This document shows positions 1-8,448 of a DNA stretch of 60,821 bases, piece after piece. The notes under the pieces were generated by a model. It was not told the DNA's origin. It made no database searches and saw only the letters and a list, made by a program, of their open reading frames with translations. Position numbers and translations under genes: made by a program. Source of the DNA: a virus. The DNA is taken from positions 1 through 60,821 of the IMG/VR virus record IMGVR_UViG_3300007643_000017. One strand, written 5' to 3'. How positions within the stretch are numbered: the first letter of the stretch is position 1; each line of letters starts with the position of its first letter.

Positions 1-99
1 GCCCGAGCTATTCGGCGGCGACAAGAAGGAAGGCGGTCCGCGTGGTGTCATGGAATACTACGCCGGGAACCTCAATCAGGTTATGTCGGAAGAGATCGC
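1..99. repeat. Terminal overlap, copy 1 (identical to 60723-60821). Either a circular-assembly overlap or a short terminal redundancy.
   Basis: Read directly: gcccgagctattcggcgg...gaagagatcgc is both the first and the last 99 nt. One ORF is continuous across the join. Confidence 0.95.
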
Positions 100-3000
100 C
101 GCCCGTGTCGGCCTGACCAGCGCCACCATGCCCGGATACCGAGGCATCGCTAACATCATGTTCAGGGGCTCCGGCGTTGGTGAAATCACCTACACCGATC
201 CGACTGCAACGCTTTCTGCCGGGATAGCGCTCGGCTCTTTCGCAGGCGCAGTTTTGGCGAGTCAAAACATCAACAGCAATTCCGGTGCGGCGGGAGGATT
301 CAAGTGGTCCACCAACAACCCGTTTCTTCCCGGGACGTGGGTCAACGTCACGCGCATGCCCAAGGGACTCAATGCGTCGTTCGCTGCGATATCTAACCCG
401 CAGTTGGACGAAGAGGGCGTTGCCAGCTTCGGTGACGACGCGAACCCGGCTCACATCATTTACGAGTGCATGACCAACACAGACTGGGGTATGGGCGATA
501 GCTCCGCCAGTATCGACATTCCGTCTTTCGAAGAGGCGGCTGAGGCACTTCACGGCGAAGGCTTCGGCCTGTCGTTGCAATGGGTGAAACCATCCACCAT
601 CGAATCATTCGTGCAAGAAATTCTCGATCACATTCAGGGCACCGTCTACCAAAACCCGTCCACGGGGAAGATGACCCTCAAGCTGTATCGTGATGACTAC
701 CAAGCCGTGCTGGCTTCGCTCCCGATCCTCGACGACACCAACTCTAAAGTGAACAGGTTCTCCCGAAAAAGTTGGGGTGAGACAGTCAACGAGATCGTTG
801 TGTCTTGGACCAACCCGGCGAACGAACAAGAAGAGACTGTGACATATCATGACCTATCCAATATCTCGATTCAAAACGGGGCCATCGTATCCGACACAAG
901 AAACTATTACGGCGTCCGAAATTCGGACCTTGCCATTCGACTTGCTGTCCGGGATGCGCGTACCGCGTCCGCCCCATTGGCCAGCGCCGAAATCACCGTG
1001 GACAGACGTTCGTTCAACCTCTTCCCGGGTGGCGTAGTCAAAGTCGTTTCTGAAAAAGACGACATCGCGGAGATCGTGATGCGGATCAACGACATCGACT
1101 ACGGTAAGCCGAAAGACTCCAAGATCAGACTGAACCTGACCGAGGACATCTTCTCGTTGGAGCAGGCTGAGTTTGTAACGCCGCCGTCATCTCTCTGGGA
1201 AGACACGGACGCTGACCCGGAGATTCTGGACTTCATTGAAATCATGACAGCCCCTCGCGGCATTCTTTCGCTGGCTGGTCTGGCACCGGCCCCGGAAGAC
1301 GACGACGCCCGGTATCCGCAAACCATCCCCATGTTGCTCGGCCAGACCGATCAGCCGGACACGGAGTCTTTCGACCTGTATGCACCATCAGTTTTGCCGA
1401 ACGGCGACACTGCGATCTTCTCACGAGGCGAGTTCCAACTGACCGGGCGGGCTGTTCTCGGGAACATCCTTGCGAAGGAAGCCATCTCGACAATCCCCAA
1501 TACGGATTTCCAACAGTTCCAAGGCGACTACGGGCCGGACCTCGGCTTCATGGCGCTTATCGGAACTGGCGAAGCCGATCACGAATTGATCTTGTTCAAC
1601 AGCTACGACTCTGGTGCTGGCGAATGGACTGTCGGTCGGGGCATCCTCGATACCGTGATGAAAGAGTGGCCTGCGTCTACGCCGGTCTGGTTCATCAACG
1701 CTGCGCTGAACACGTTCGACACAGCAGAAATTTCAGTCGGAGAGACTGTTCCATACCAGCTTCGTACAAAGACGACTCGCGGGCTCTTGCCGTTGGCATC
1801 GACGCCGATCACGAACTACCTCGGTACGGATCGTCCGTACCAGCCGTCTCGGCCTGCGAACGTGGAGACCAACGGAGTGTCGCTCGACGACGTAGTCCAA
1901 GTGTCCACTACCGACACCGTGGTGACGTGGGCGAACCGGAACCGGATCAACGAAGATACGATCATCAAAGCATGGGCTGACGGCAACGTGACTCCTGAAA
2001 CAGGTCAGACCGCCACGGTCCGGGTGCGTAAGCAATCTGACGATGCGCTTATCACTGAATACACCGGCTTGACTGCGTTGACACACAACATCCCGCACGT
2101 TGATTACGCCGGTACGACCGACGCGTATATCGAAGTGTTGGCTGAGAGAGACGGCTTTGAGTCGCTGCAATTCATTCGACAAAACATCATGGTTCCGCCG
2201 TTGGTGGTTGTCATCACACCGCACAGGTACTGGCGCGTCCTGATCGACGACAACGCTGCGACGAGTGGAGCGGACGAGTATTCGACGATCTCCGAAGTCT
2301 TCTTCCGTGATGTCGGGCTGAACGACGCCACTACAGTTCATGGCGGCACAGCAAGCGCTTCATCAGAGTTCAGCGGGACGTATGTTGCAGCCAATGCGTT
2401 CGACCGGGTTGATTCCACAGATTGGTCTTCGGTCGTCAACACAGTTCCCGGCTCTTGGATTCAATGGGACTTCGGCGCAGCAAACGATCAGGCGATCTAC
2501 TGCGTTGACATCCGGTCTTCGAACAGCGGTGCGTCTCAAGACGAGGCCCCGACAGACTTCCATCTTGAGTGGTCGGACGATGGCGTTGCTTGGACCAGCG
2601 TCCTCGATATTTCCGGGGCGACTTGGTCTACGGCACAGACCCAACACTGGTTTGCTTCGTCCCCGGTGTCAGTCTTCCGAGCCGCGTTCGACAATAGCTT
2701 CGCTGATCTGTCGCCGTCAGCCCATCCGCTTTCCGGTTCAACCGGCGTGACCTTCACCACAGACTCGAAGTTCGGGACACACGCGCTCGAGTCCACCAAC
2801 ACCATCTCTGCCGCTCGGTACGGGGATAGCGACGATTGGAATTTCGGTAGCGGTGATTTCACAATCGAGTTCTGGTTCAAGAGCAATAGCGCCGCGCAGA
2901 ATGCTGCTTGGATGGTCACTCATTGGGATACGTCAGCCGGTCAACGGTCATGGGGCGTATGGATCAACACTCCGGGAGACCTGTCGTTCTTCACATCGAC

Positions 3001-3313
3001 AACCGGCGCGAACTTCACACAGTACGACTCAACCTTCGCCTTGCCTGCGGACATCGTGAACTATCAGTTCGTTGTCGTGCAGCGTTCCGGCAACACTCTG
3101 AACTTCTGGGTGGACGGCAATTTGGTATTCACCGACGCCGCGTTCACCGACGTTCTGTTCGACTCCAATGCGGATCTGGCTATCGGAGCGAGAGACGGCG
3201 CGGTCATGGCTGGTGTAGACGGTAAACTTGACGATGTGCGGATCACGAAACGAGCCCGGTATGTCCCAAGCGCGGCCATTATTGACGTTCCGACCGGGCC
3301 GTTCACCTCTTGA
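2..3313 (+). CDS. Central tail fibre / host-specificity protein, lambda gpJ-like (C-terminal 1104 codons; N-terminus at 60544-60722 across the junction)
   Basis: The ORF is open to nt 2 and, via the 99-nt overlap, in frame with the ATG at 60544. The N-terminal region (ICHGPLDAI, LFGGDKKEGGPRG) resembles gpJ/Phage-tail_3 proteins. The C-terminus has discoidin-like (YWRVLIDD...WIQWDFG) and LamG-like (FTIEFWFK...LNFWVDGNL) segments. Confidence 0.85.
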   Translation, partial: PELFGGDKKEGGPRGVMEYYAGNLNQVMSEEIAARVGLTSATMPGYRGIANIMFRGSGVGEITYTDPTATLSAGIALGSFAGAVLASQNINSNSGAAGGFKWSTNNPFLPGTWVNVTRMPKGLNASFAAISNPQLDEEGVASFGDDANPAHIIYECMTNTDWGMGDSSASIDIPSFEEAAEALHGEGFGLSLQWVKPSTIESFVQEILDHIQGTVYQNPSTGKMTLKLYRDDYQAVLASLPILDDTNSKVNRFSRKSWGETVNEIVVSWTNPANEQEETVTYHDLSNISIQNGAIVSDTRNYYGVRNSDLAIRLAVRDARTASAPLASAEITVDRRSFNLFPGGVVKVVSEKDDIAEIVMRINDIDYGKPKDSKIRLNLTEDIFSLEQAEFVTPPSSLWEDTDADPEILDFIEIMTAPRGILSLAGLAPAPEDDDARYPQTIPMLLGQTDQPDTESFDLYAPSVLPNGDTAIFSRGEFQLTGRAVLGNILAKEAISTIPNTDFQQFQGDYGPDLGFMALIGTGEADHELILFNSYDSGAGEWTVGRGILDTVMKEWPASTPVWFINAALNTFDTAEISVGETVPYQLRTKTTRGLLPLASTPITNYLGTDRPYQPSRPANVETNGVSLDDVVQVSTTDTVVTWANRNRINEDTIIKAWADGNVTPETGQTATVRVRKQSDDALITEYTGLTALTHNIPHVDYAGTTDAYIEVLAERDGFESLQFIRQNIMVPPLVVVITPHRYWRVLIDDNAATSGADEYSTISEVFFRDVGLNDATTVHGGTASASSEFSGTYVAANAFDRVDSTDWSSVVNTVPGSWIQWDFGAANDQAIYCVDIRSSNSGASQDEAPTDFHLEWSDDGVAWTSVLDISGATWSTAQTQHWFASSPVSVFRAAFDNSFADLSPSAHPLSGSTGVTFTTDSKFGTHALESTNTISAARYGDSDDWNFGSGDFTIEFWFKSNSAAQNAAWMVTHWDTSAGQRSWGVWINTPGDLSFFTSTTGANFTQYDSTFALPADIVNYQFVVVQRSGNTLNFWVDGNLVFTDAAFTDVLFDSNADLAIGARDGAVMAGVDGKLDDVRITKRARYVPSAAIIDVPTGPFTS

Positions 3314-3373
3314 CGCTGGTGCCGTTAACCATGTAGACGTGGAACTCAACTCCCATTTTGCAAGGACGACGAC

Positions 3374-4333
3374 ATGGCGCAGGAATTTGAAGGTAACGCA
3401 ACTGGTACGGAATGGCTCGACACTGGGCTGCTGTTACAGGCACCAATCACCGTACAGAACCTTGACAACGATGATATTCTGCTCGTTCGCGCTGGCCCTG
3501 ATGGCGGCGTCATTCCGGCGACTTCTAAATCTGGCTGTCTTGTCGCCCCGTTGCAGAGCAAGACCGTAAAGTCTGCTGTTATCACAGACACCCTGCATGT
3601 CCGTAGCCTCACCCAAAATCGCGATGCCCGATTCTATGCTATAGTAGAGCCCATCGAAGCCCTCGGCGGCGGTGGCGCCGATCCACAGACCGCGATCAAC
3701 ACTGGTGGTATCTCGCAGAACGCAAGTGACATCGCTGATCTCGACGGCGAGCTTTATGACCCGGGCGGATTTGACGACCGCGTCACGGCTCTTGAGAATG
3801 CTACTCCCGGTGGCGGTGGCGTAGACTTCACGCCGTTCTCGATGCTGCTGGTATCTGACGGCCACGCCGGTACGGCCCTCGACCCGTTCGAGTGGATCGC
3901 AGAGTTCACCGTGCCAGATGAAAGCGGAGTCTATTTCCCGGATCAAGGCGATGACGGCGGTATCCTATTCCAAAACGGCATCTATGAATGCACCATCAAT
4001 TTCGTCGGACTGTCTGGTCCGGGCGCAAACGCGGGGTTCCTCGTGAACGTGCCGGATCAACGCCGGACGAAACAGTTGGTCGTTGAACGCACTTTCCCGG
4101 GCGGTGCCAGTGAAATCGTTGCGCATCAAGGACTCACGGTTCAGATCGACGCCCGCTATGCCAACAACTTCGTTCGTGAATTGGTCATCGGTCCGGCGAA
4201 CGGATCGCAGGCTGAACTCGCTCAGATCGAGCTTCACATCAAGCGCCTTCCGGGCACTGGTGATGCTGCGTACACGTATGCCACTCCGGCCAACCACAGC
4301 ACAGGCGGCACGTCACCGGGCGGAGTCGGTTAA
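3374..4333 (+). CDS. Putative tail fibre / receptor-binding accessory protein
   Basis: SD aaggacgacgacATG. It lies directly after the gpJ-like gene. Gly-rich hinges (GGGGADPQ, PGGGGVD) flank a heptad-like stretch ISQNASDIADLDGEL. I recognise no family. Confidence 0.45.
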   Translation: MAQEFEGNATGTEWLDTGLLLQAPITVQNLDNDDILLVRAGPDGGVIPATSKSGCLVAPLQSKTVKSAVITDTLHVRSLTQNRDARFYAIVEPIEALGGGGADPQTAINTGGISQNASDIADLDGELYDPGGFDDRVTALENATPGGGGVDFTPFSMLLVSDGHAGTALDPFEWIAEFTVPDESGVYFPDQGDDGGILFQNGIYECTINFVGLSGPGANAGFLVNVPDQRRTKQLVVERTFPGGASEIVAHQGLTVQIDARYANNFVRELVIGPANGSQAELAQIELHIKRLPGTGDAAYTYATPANHSTGGTSPGGVG

Positions 4334-4405
4334 GGGATAGACATAGATTAACTTTTGCACTAGAAAGTACATCTATATGTTGACAACCTGACAGGATGCA
4401 CCGTC

Positions 4406-5647
4406 ATGGATTACGGAATCGTAGCAGACCGCGTGAGAAAAACCGTCTTCGGCGGCAAGCTCACTTCGAAACAACTCAAAGGCATTATCCGTATCGGTAA
4501 GGCTTGGGAGAAGTACGGCACCGGCCTCGACAATGCTCTGGCTTACGTCTACGCGACAGACCACAAAGAAACCGGCGCTCGCATGCAGCCGGTCTACGAG
4601 ACCTTCGCTCGGAACCGTTCGCAGGCTGCTGCGCGTCTCGAAAATGCCTTCAAGAAAGGTCAGTTGCGTTGGGTGAAAACCCCGTACTGGCGCAAGCAGA
4701 ATGGATACAATTGGGTTGGCGCTGGCGATGTCCAGTTGACTCACGAGTACAACCACAAGGGTCGCTTGCGTGACGCTGTTCTTGCCGAGTTCGGCAAAGA
4801 CATCCACCAGAACCCGGACCACGTCATGGACCCCCAGATTTCTGCTTTCATAATGATCGAAGGCATGACGAAGGGCGACACGATGAAAGGTGATTTCACC
4901 GGCAAGGCTCTGGAAACTTACGTCAACGAAACCAAATCAGATTATCACAACGCACGTCGGACAGTGAACCCGGGCGACAAATCTTCGTTCGCTGAGATGG
5001 CTGCGACTGCGAAAGAATTTGAAGCTGCCATCCGGTACGCCCGGGCAATGGCTGGCGAGAAGTTCCGTGGGCCAGAAGCCGATTTCCACGATGGTTCATA
5101 CCACGCGGTCGTCGAGATGGTTCAGCGACAGCTTCGCGACAAAGGCTACCACGAGGTCGGCACGGCTGACGGACGTTGGGGCACTCGGTCCGCTGGCGCT
5201 GTGTTGGCTTTCAGGAACGACAACGAACTGCCGACGATCCCAGAGATCGACGACGAGTTCCTTGCGGCCTTGGCAAAATCCGAAGAGCGCTACGTCGCGC
5301 CAGAGCGCAAGAACGCTACTGCTCAGGACCTACGTGACTCAGGCTCCACAGACATGGAACGTGCCGACAGTCTCGGCAACGCCGGTAAGGCAATCGGTGC
5401 GGTTGGAGTCGGTGGATCTGTTCTCGATCAGATCACGAAGACCGGAGAAAAGGTCACGGCTGCGACTGAGAAATTCACTGGCCCAATCGACCAACTCACT
5501 ACGGCTCTGTACCCTGTCAAAGACTTCATCGGTCAGTGGTGGCCTTACGGACTTGCCGCAGTTGGTGGCTACGTCCTGTTCAAGGCATGGAAGGCCAGCA
5601 AGAACCGTATGGAGAAACACCGCTCCGGGGAGTACATGTCCCGATGA
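4406..5647 (+). CDS. Endolysin: GH19-like muramidase domain, PG_binding_1-like repeat and a C-terminal transmembrane segment
   Basis: DHKETGARMQPVYE and GAGDVQLTHEYNH resemble the GH19 HETG...E and GRG-QLT-NY motifs. GYHEVGTADGRWGTRSAGAVLAFRNDNELP looks like a peptidoglycan-binding repeat. The C-terminus WWPYGLAAVGGYVLFKAW is followed by basic residues. Confidence 0.7.
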   Translation: MDYGIVADRVRKTVFGGKLTSKQLKGIIRIGKAWEKYGTGLDNALAYVYATDHKETGARMQPVYETFARNRSQAAARLENAFKKGQLRWVKTPYWRKQNGYNWVGAGDVQLTHEYNHKGRLRDAVLAEFGKDIHQNPDHVMDPQISAFIMIEGMTKGDTMKGDFTGKALETYVNETKSDYHNARRTVNPGDKSSFAEMAATAKEFEAAIRYARAMAGEKFRGPEADFHDGSYHAVVEMVQRQLRDKGYHEVGTADGRWGTRSAGAVLAFRNDNELPTIPEIDDEFLAALAKSEERYVAPERKNATAQDLRDSGSTDMERADSLGNAGKAIGAVGVGGSVLDQITKTGEKVTAATEKFTGPIDQLTTALYPVKDFIGQWWPYGLAAVGGYVLFKAWKASKNRMEKHRSGEYMSR

Positions 5648-6039
5648 TTACGGCCATTTCCACATTCGCATTAAAGGGCGGGCTCACTCGCTTTTTGACT
5701 TCGACTCCGGGTCTGGTCCTGATGGCGGTTTTCGCCTTCGGTGGTTGGACTTGGTATCAGCGACATGACGCCGCACGGGAAGCATCTCTCAAGTGCCATG
5801 CTGAACACAAACAGGCTGCCGATGCAGAGAAAATCCGTCAGGCTGATGCCGCTCGGAAAGCTCTTCAACGTGCCGCTCAACTATCCACGACGACGCAGAA
5901 CGAGCTTGAGTCTCTTCGCGTCAAAGCGGCTGACCTGCAACGGCAGCTTCAAAACACCCCGGAGATTACAAATGAAAACGGTCAGTGCAATTTCAATATC
6001 CCTGCTGATGTTCGTAGGCGGTTGCTCGACATCCGGTAA
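5644..6039 (+). CDS. i-spanin (Rz-like)
   Basis: The ATG overlaps the endolysin stop (ATGA). There is an N-terminal TM (GLVLMAVFAFGGWTWY) and then a charged coiled-coil-like periplasmic domain. The o-spanin gene starts inside its 3' end. Confidence 0.75.
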   Translation: MITAISTFALKGGLTRFLTSTPGLVLMAVFAFGGWTWYQRHDAAREASLKCHAEHKQAADAEKIRQADAARKALQRAAQLSTTTQNELESLRVKAADLQRQLQNTPEITNENGQCNFNIPADVRRRLLDIR

Positions 6040-6277
6040 GGTTGCGGTGATCCCTGACTTGGCGGCTATGCCTGCCGAGATCGCGAAGAAGTGTCCTGAG
6101 TGGGACGGCAAGGGGAACTACCGGCAAGCCCTCACAACGCATCGTCTGCTGCTGGCAGAATGCTCGAAGCTGAATGACAACAAAGTGACTTGGTACGACG
6201 AGTACCGGGCGGAGTTGTCGAAGGTGGCTTTGACGGCTCGACCGAAGAGAAAACCGACTACAGTCAACGAAAAATAG
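5972..6277 (+). CDS. o-spanin (Rz1-like lipoprotein), overlapped architecture
   Basis: MKTVSAISISLLMFVGGC|S is a signal peptide plus lipobox. It starts within the i-spanin gene in another frame and extends beyond it. Confidence 0.75.
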   Translation: MKTVSAISISLLMFVGGCSTSGKVAVIPDLAAMPAEIAKKCPEWDGKGNYRQALTTHRLLLAECSKLNDNKVTWYDEYRAELSKVALTARPKRKPTTVNEK

Positions 6278-6338
6278 CTTGACGCCACAGGGAAGATTTT
6301 CCTATGTGTGGATACCTTCAACCGACGAGACTACCCCA

Positions 6339-6644
6339 ATGGCCAACACACCCAACGACAGCAAATGGCACCTCGACAGACGCGTACCGCTGGCGTTGAT
6401 TATCGTCCTTCTCGGCCAGATGGTCACAGGGGTTTGGTGGGCTTCGACTCTGGATTCACAAGTCGATCACATTCTCGAAAAGCACACCGATCTCAAAGGC
6501 ATCGTCAACCGGCTGGAACTCAGCGACCGCTCAGACGGTAGCAAGGTTATTCGGTTGGAAGAAAAGTTCGTCGCTCTCGACAAGACGTTGAGCAAGCAAG
6601 GCGAAACTCTCGAAGCGATTCTCCAAGAACTGCGCAAGCGCTAA
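6339..6644 (+). CDS. Single-pass membrane protein; holin candidate by position only
   Basis: MANTPNDSKWHLDRR, then TM VPLALIIVLLGQMVTGVWWA, then a coiled-coil-like tail. It is the last gene of the lysis cluster. No family recognised. Confidence 0.4.
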   Translation: MANTPNDSKWHLDRRVPLALIIVLLGQMVTGVWWASTLDSQVDHILEKHTDLKGIVNRLELSDRSDGSKVIRLEEKFVALDKTLSKQGETLEAILQELRKR

Positions 6645-6646
6645 TG

Positions 6647-6688
6647 CGGGCAAGCCCCCAAAAGACCACCCTAGTACGGGCAAGCCCC
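6647..6688. repeat. Two direct copies of CGGGCAAGCCCC (6647-6658, 6677-6688) in the convergent gene gap
   Basis: Read directly. A near-identical palindromic copy, cgggcttgcccg, lies at 15334-15345 in another intergenic region. Confidence 0.5.
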
Positions 6689-6710
6689 TGAAACTATCAC
6701 AAACCTGTTA

Positions 6711-7439
6711 TCAGATAATGTCGTCGTGTGACGCGATCACGTCGTCGAAGCCCATGCGAATCTGGGCAGCCCGATAATACTTCGGGTCCATCTCTATGCC
6801 TATGAATTTGCGCCCACAGGCCTGTGCAGCTACTCCGGTGGCCCCTGAACCCATGAAGAGGTCAAGAACCGTCTCACCGGGCTCTGTGCTGTTCTCTATG
6901 TACGTTTGCATCAAAGATACCGGCTTCTCAGTCGGGTGGCTCTTTGGGCTCTTCGGATTGTTGTGATCCATGGGGAAGTCAAACTCTTCCGCTGTCTTGA
7001 ATCCTGCGTCGTTCAGAGCGAACGCTTTCCCTTTCCGGGCGAGCAGCGTGTACTCGACGTTCTTCATACCCCAACGGTTCGGTGTGGCGTTGTTCTTCTT
7101 CCAGACGAGCAGATTGTGAAGCTCGAAGCCTGCGGCCATAACCTTCGCCATGAGGCCGTTCTTGAGGCCGAGGAAGTTCGTCATCATGTAGACGTGTGCC
7201 TGCTCTCTGAGGACGCGATGAAGCTCCGGCAGGTACGTTTCCGGCTGTATGGTGTTGTGGGTGATCCCCATGGACGTGTCGTTCGACTCAAGGACGCCTG
7301 TCGGCCTGCGAGCGTCGTCCGGTGTGCCACCGCCAATTGTCTTGTATGGCGGGTCGAAGACGGCTGTGTCGATGCAACCATCCTCGAACAGGGCCATAAC
7401 TTTCATACAGTCGCCGAGATAGAGATTCGTGCCGGTCAT
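6711..7439 (-). CDS. DNA methyltransferase, beta-class N6-adenine/N4-cytosine (N6_N4_Mtase family)
   Basis: Motif IV is FDPPYKT near the N-terminus. HPTEKP and motif I (LDLFMGSGATGVAA) follow, which is the beta-class order. The protein ends ...SHDDII. Confidence 0.9.
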   Translation of the reverse strand: MTGTNLYLGDCMKVMALFEDGCIDTAVFDPPYKTIGGGTPDDARRPTGVLESNDTSMGITHNTIQPETYLPELHRVLREQAHVYMMTNFLGLKNGLMAKVMAAGFELHNLLVWKKNNATPNRWGMKNVEYTLLARKGKAFALNDAGFKTAEEFDFPMDHNNPKSPKSHPTEKPVSLMQTYIENSTEPGETVLDLFMGSGATGVAAQACGRKFIGIEMDPKYYRAAQIRMGFDDVIASHDDII

Positions 7440-7726
7440 ATGAGGTCATCCTGAGTGTAATCTGTTGTTGGCGCGGGTTCCCGGTCAGCCACGATCTGAG
7501 CTTCACGCTCGGCTCTGGCTTCCTGATAGACGGCGCACACTTTGGTCTGGTCGCCTTCGAGCGCCAGTGCAAGAGCGACTTCCAATTTCGCAGCCATCCA
7601 ACACTGCCAGCCTGTCGATGCTCTGGTACGAGTGCTGACCTGAAAGCCGTCTTCGGTCACAGCAATGTTCAATGCCGCAATCGTGCCGTCGTCAAGCTGG
7701 TTCTGGATAACGTCGATCAGAGTCAT
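7436..7726 (-). CDS. Hypothetical protein (96 aa)
   Basis: ATGA overlaps at both ends suggest translational coupling. It ends ...TQDDLI. Confidence 0.6.
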   Translation of the reverse strand: MTLIDVIQNQLDDGTIAALNIAVTEDGFQVSTRTRASTGWQCWMAAKLEVALALALEGDQTKVCAVYQEARAEREAQIVADREPAPTTDYTQDDLI

Positions 7727-8079
7727 ATCAGATCGTCCAATTCGTCGTCGTCGATGTCTTTCTCTGGATCGAACTTGCCGCCAGCAGCCTCGTAGATGTC
7801 GGCAGGGTCCATGCCCTGTTCCGGGATGAAGCCGGACGGCAGCATGCCGAGAGCCGACATGTAGAGGTCAAGCATGGCCTCTTGTTCGGTCCGCTCGCTG
7901 GCTTCCACCTTGCGGAGTGAGACAACCTTGCGCAGGGTTTTGGTGTCGAAACCATTGCCCTTCGCCTCGGCATACACTTCCTTGATGTCGTCGGCGATTG
8001 CCTTCTTCTCTTCTTCGAGTCGCTCGATGCGTTCGATTATGGATCGTAGTTGATCGCGGGCTACAGACGTATCGGCCAT
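7723..8079 (-). CDS. gapR: GapR-like (DUF2312) nucleoid-associated DNA-binding protein with a C-terminal acidic extension
   Basis: [44 protein letters not shown]...[10 protein letters not shown] closely parallels Caulobacter GapR. About 40 extra residues end in ...ELDDLI. Confidence 0.9.
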   Translation of the reverse strand: MADTSVARDQLRSIIERIERLEEEKKAIADDIKEVYAEAKGNGFDTKTLRKVVSLRKVEASERTEQEAMLDLYMSALGMLPSGFIPEQGMDPADIYEAAGGKFDPEKDIDDDELDDLI

Positions 8080-8444
8080 CAGATCAGATCGTCGTTGTTG
8101 GCAGCCACGGTCCGAAGAGCCTCAGCTTCGTCTTTCCGGGTAGCCTTCTCTTCATCACTGACGAGATACGTCGGGTCGTATGCCGGTGGGCGCTCGTCTT
8201 CTTCATCTCCGCCAATCAGATCGTCGGGATCACCGAATATCTCAGCACCAGTTCCGGGCTCAACGTCCATAGGGGAACTGCCCCCTGTGCTGGCCATGAG
8301 TTCGTTCAAGAATGGCACCAGTTCTTTGGCGTTCTTGATGTCGAATTTTTCTGTCGCGGTTGGCGGCAGGCTGAGTTCCTTACGACGCTTTTCAGCATCG
8401 CCTTTGAGGTCAAAAAATTCGTTGTTTACTCCGTAGAATATCAT
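8079..8444 (-). CDS. Hypothetical acidic protein (121 aa)
   Basis: Coupled to its neighbours (TGATG). It has an internal DPDDLIGG and a C-terminal ...NNDDLI. Confidence 0.6.
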   Translation of the reverse strand: MIFYGVNNEFFDLKGDAEKRRKELSLPPTATEKFDIKNAKELVPFLNELMASTGGSSPMDVEPGTGAEIFGDPDDLIGGDEEDERPPAYDPTYLVSDEEKATRKDEAEALRTVAANNDDLI

Positions 8445-8448
8445 GGTC

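Noticed and set aside
6711-8444. The DDLI ends as a by-product of overlapping start/stop signals (ATATGA, TGATG)
   Set aside because: Only three of the six DD[LI]I genes have such overlaps, the codons differ, and the primase ends the same way with no gene downstream. The alternative is kept in mind inside the finding rather than accepted.
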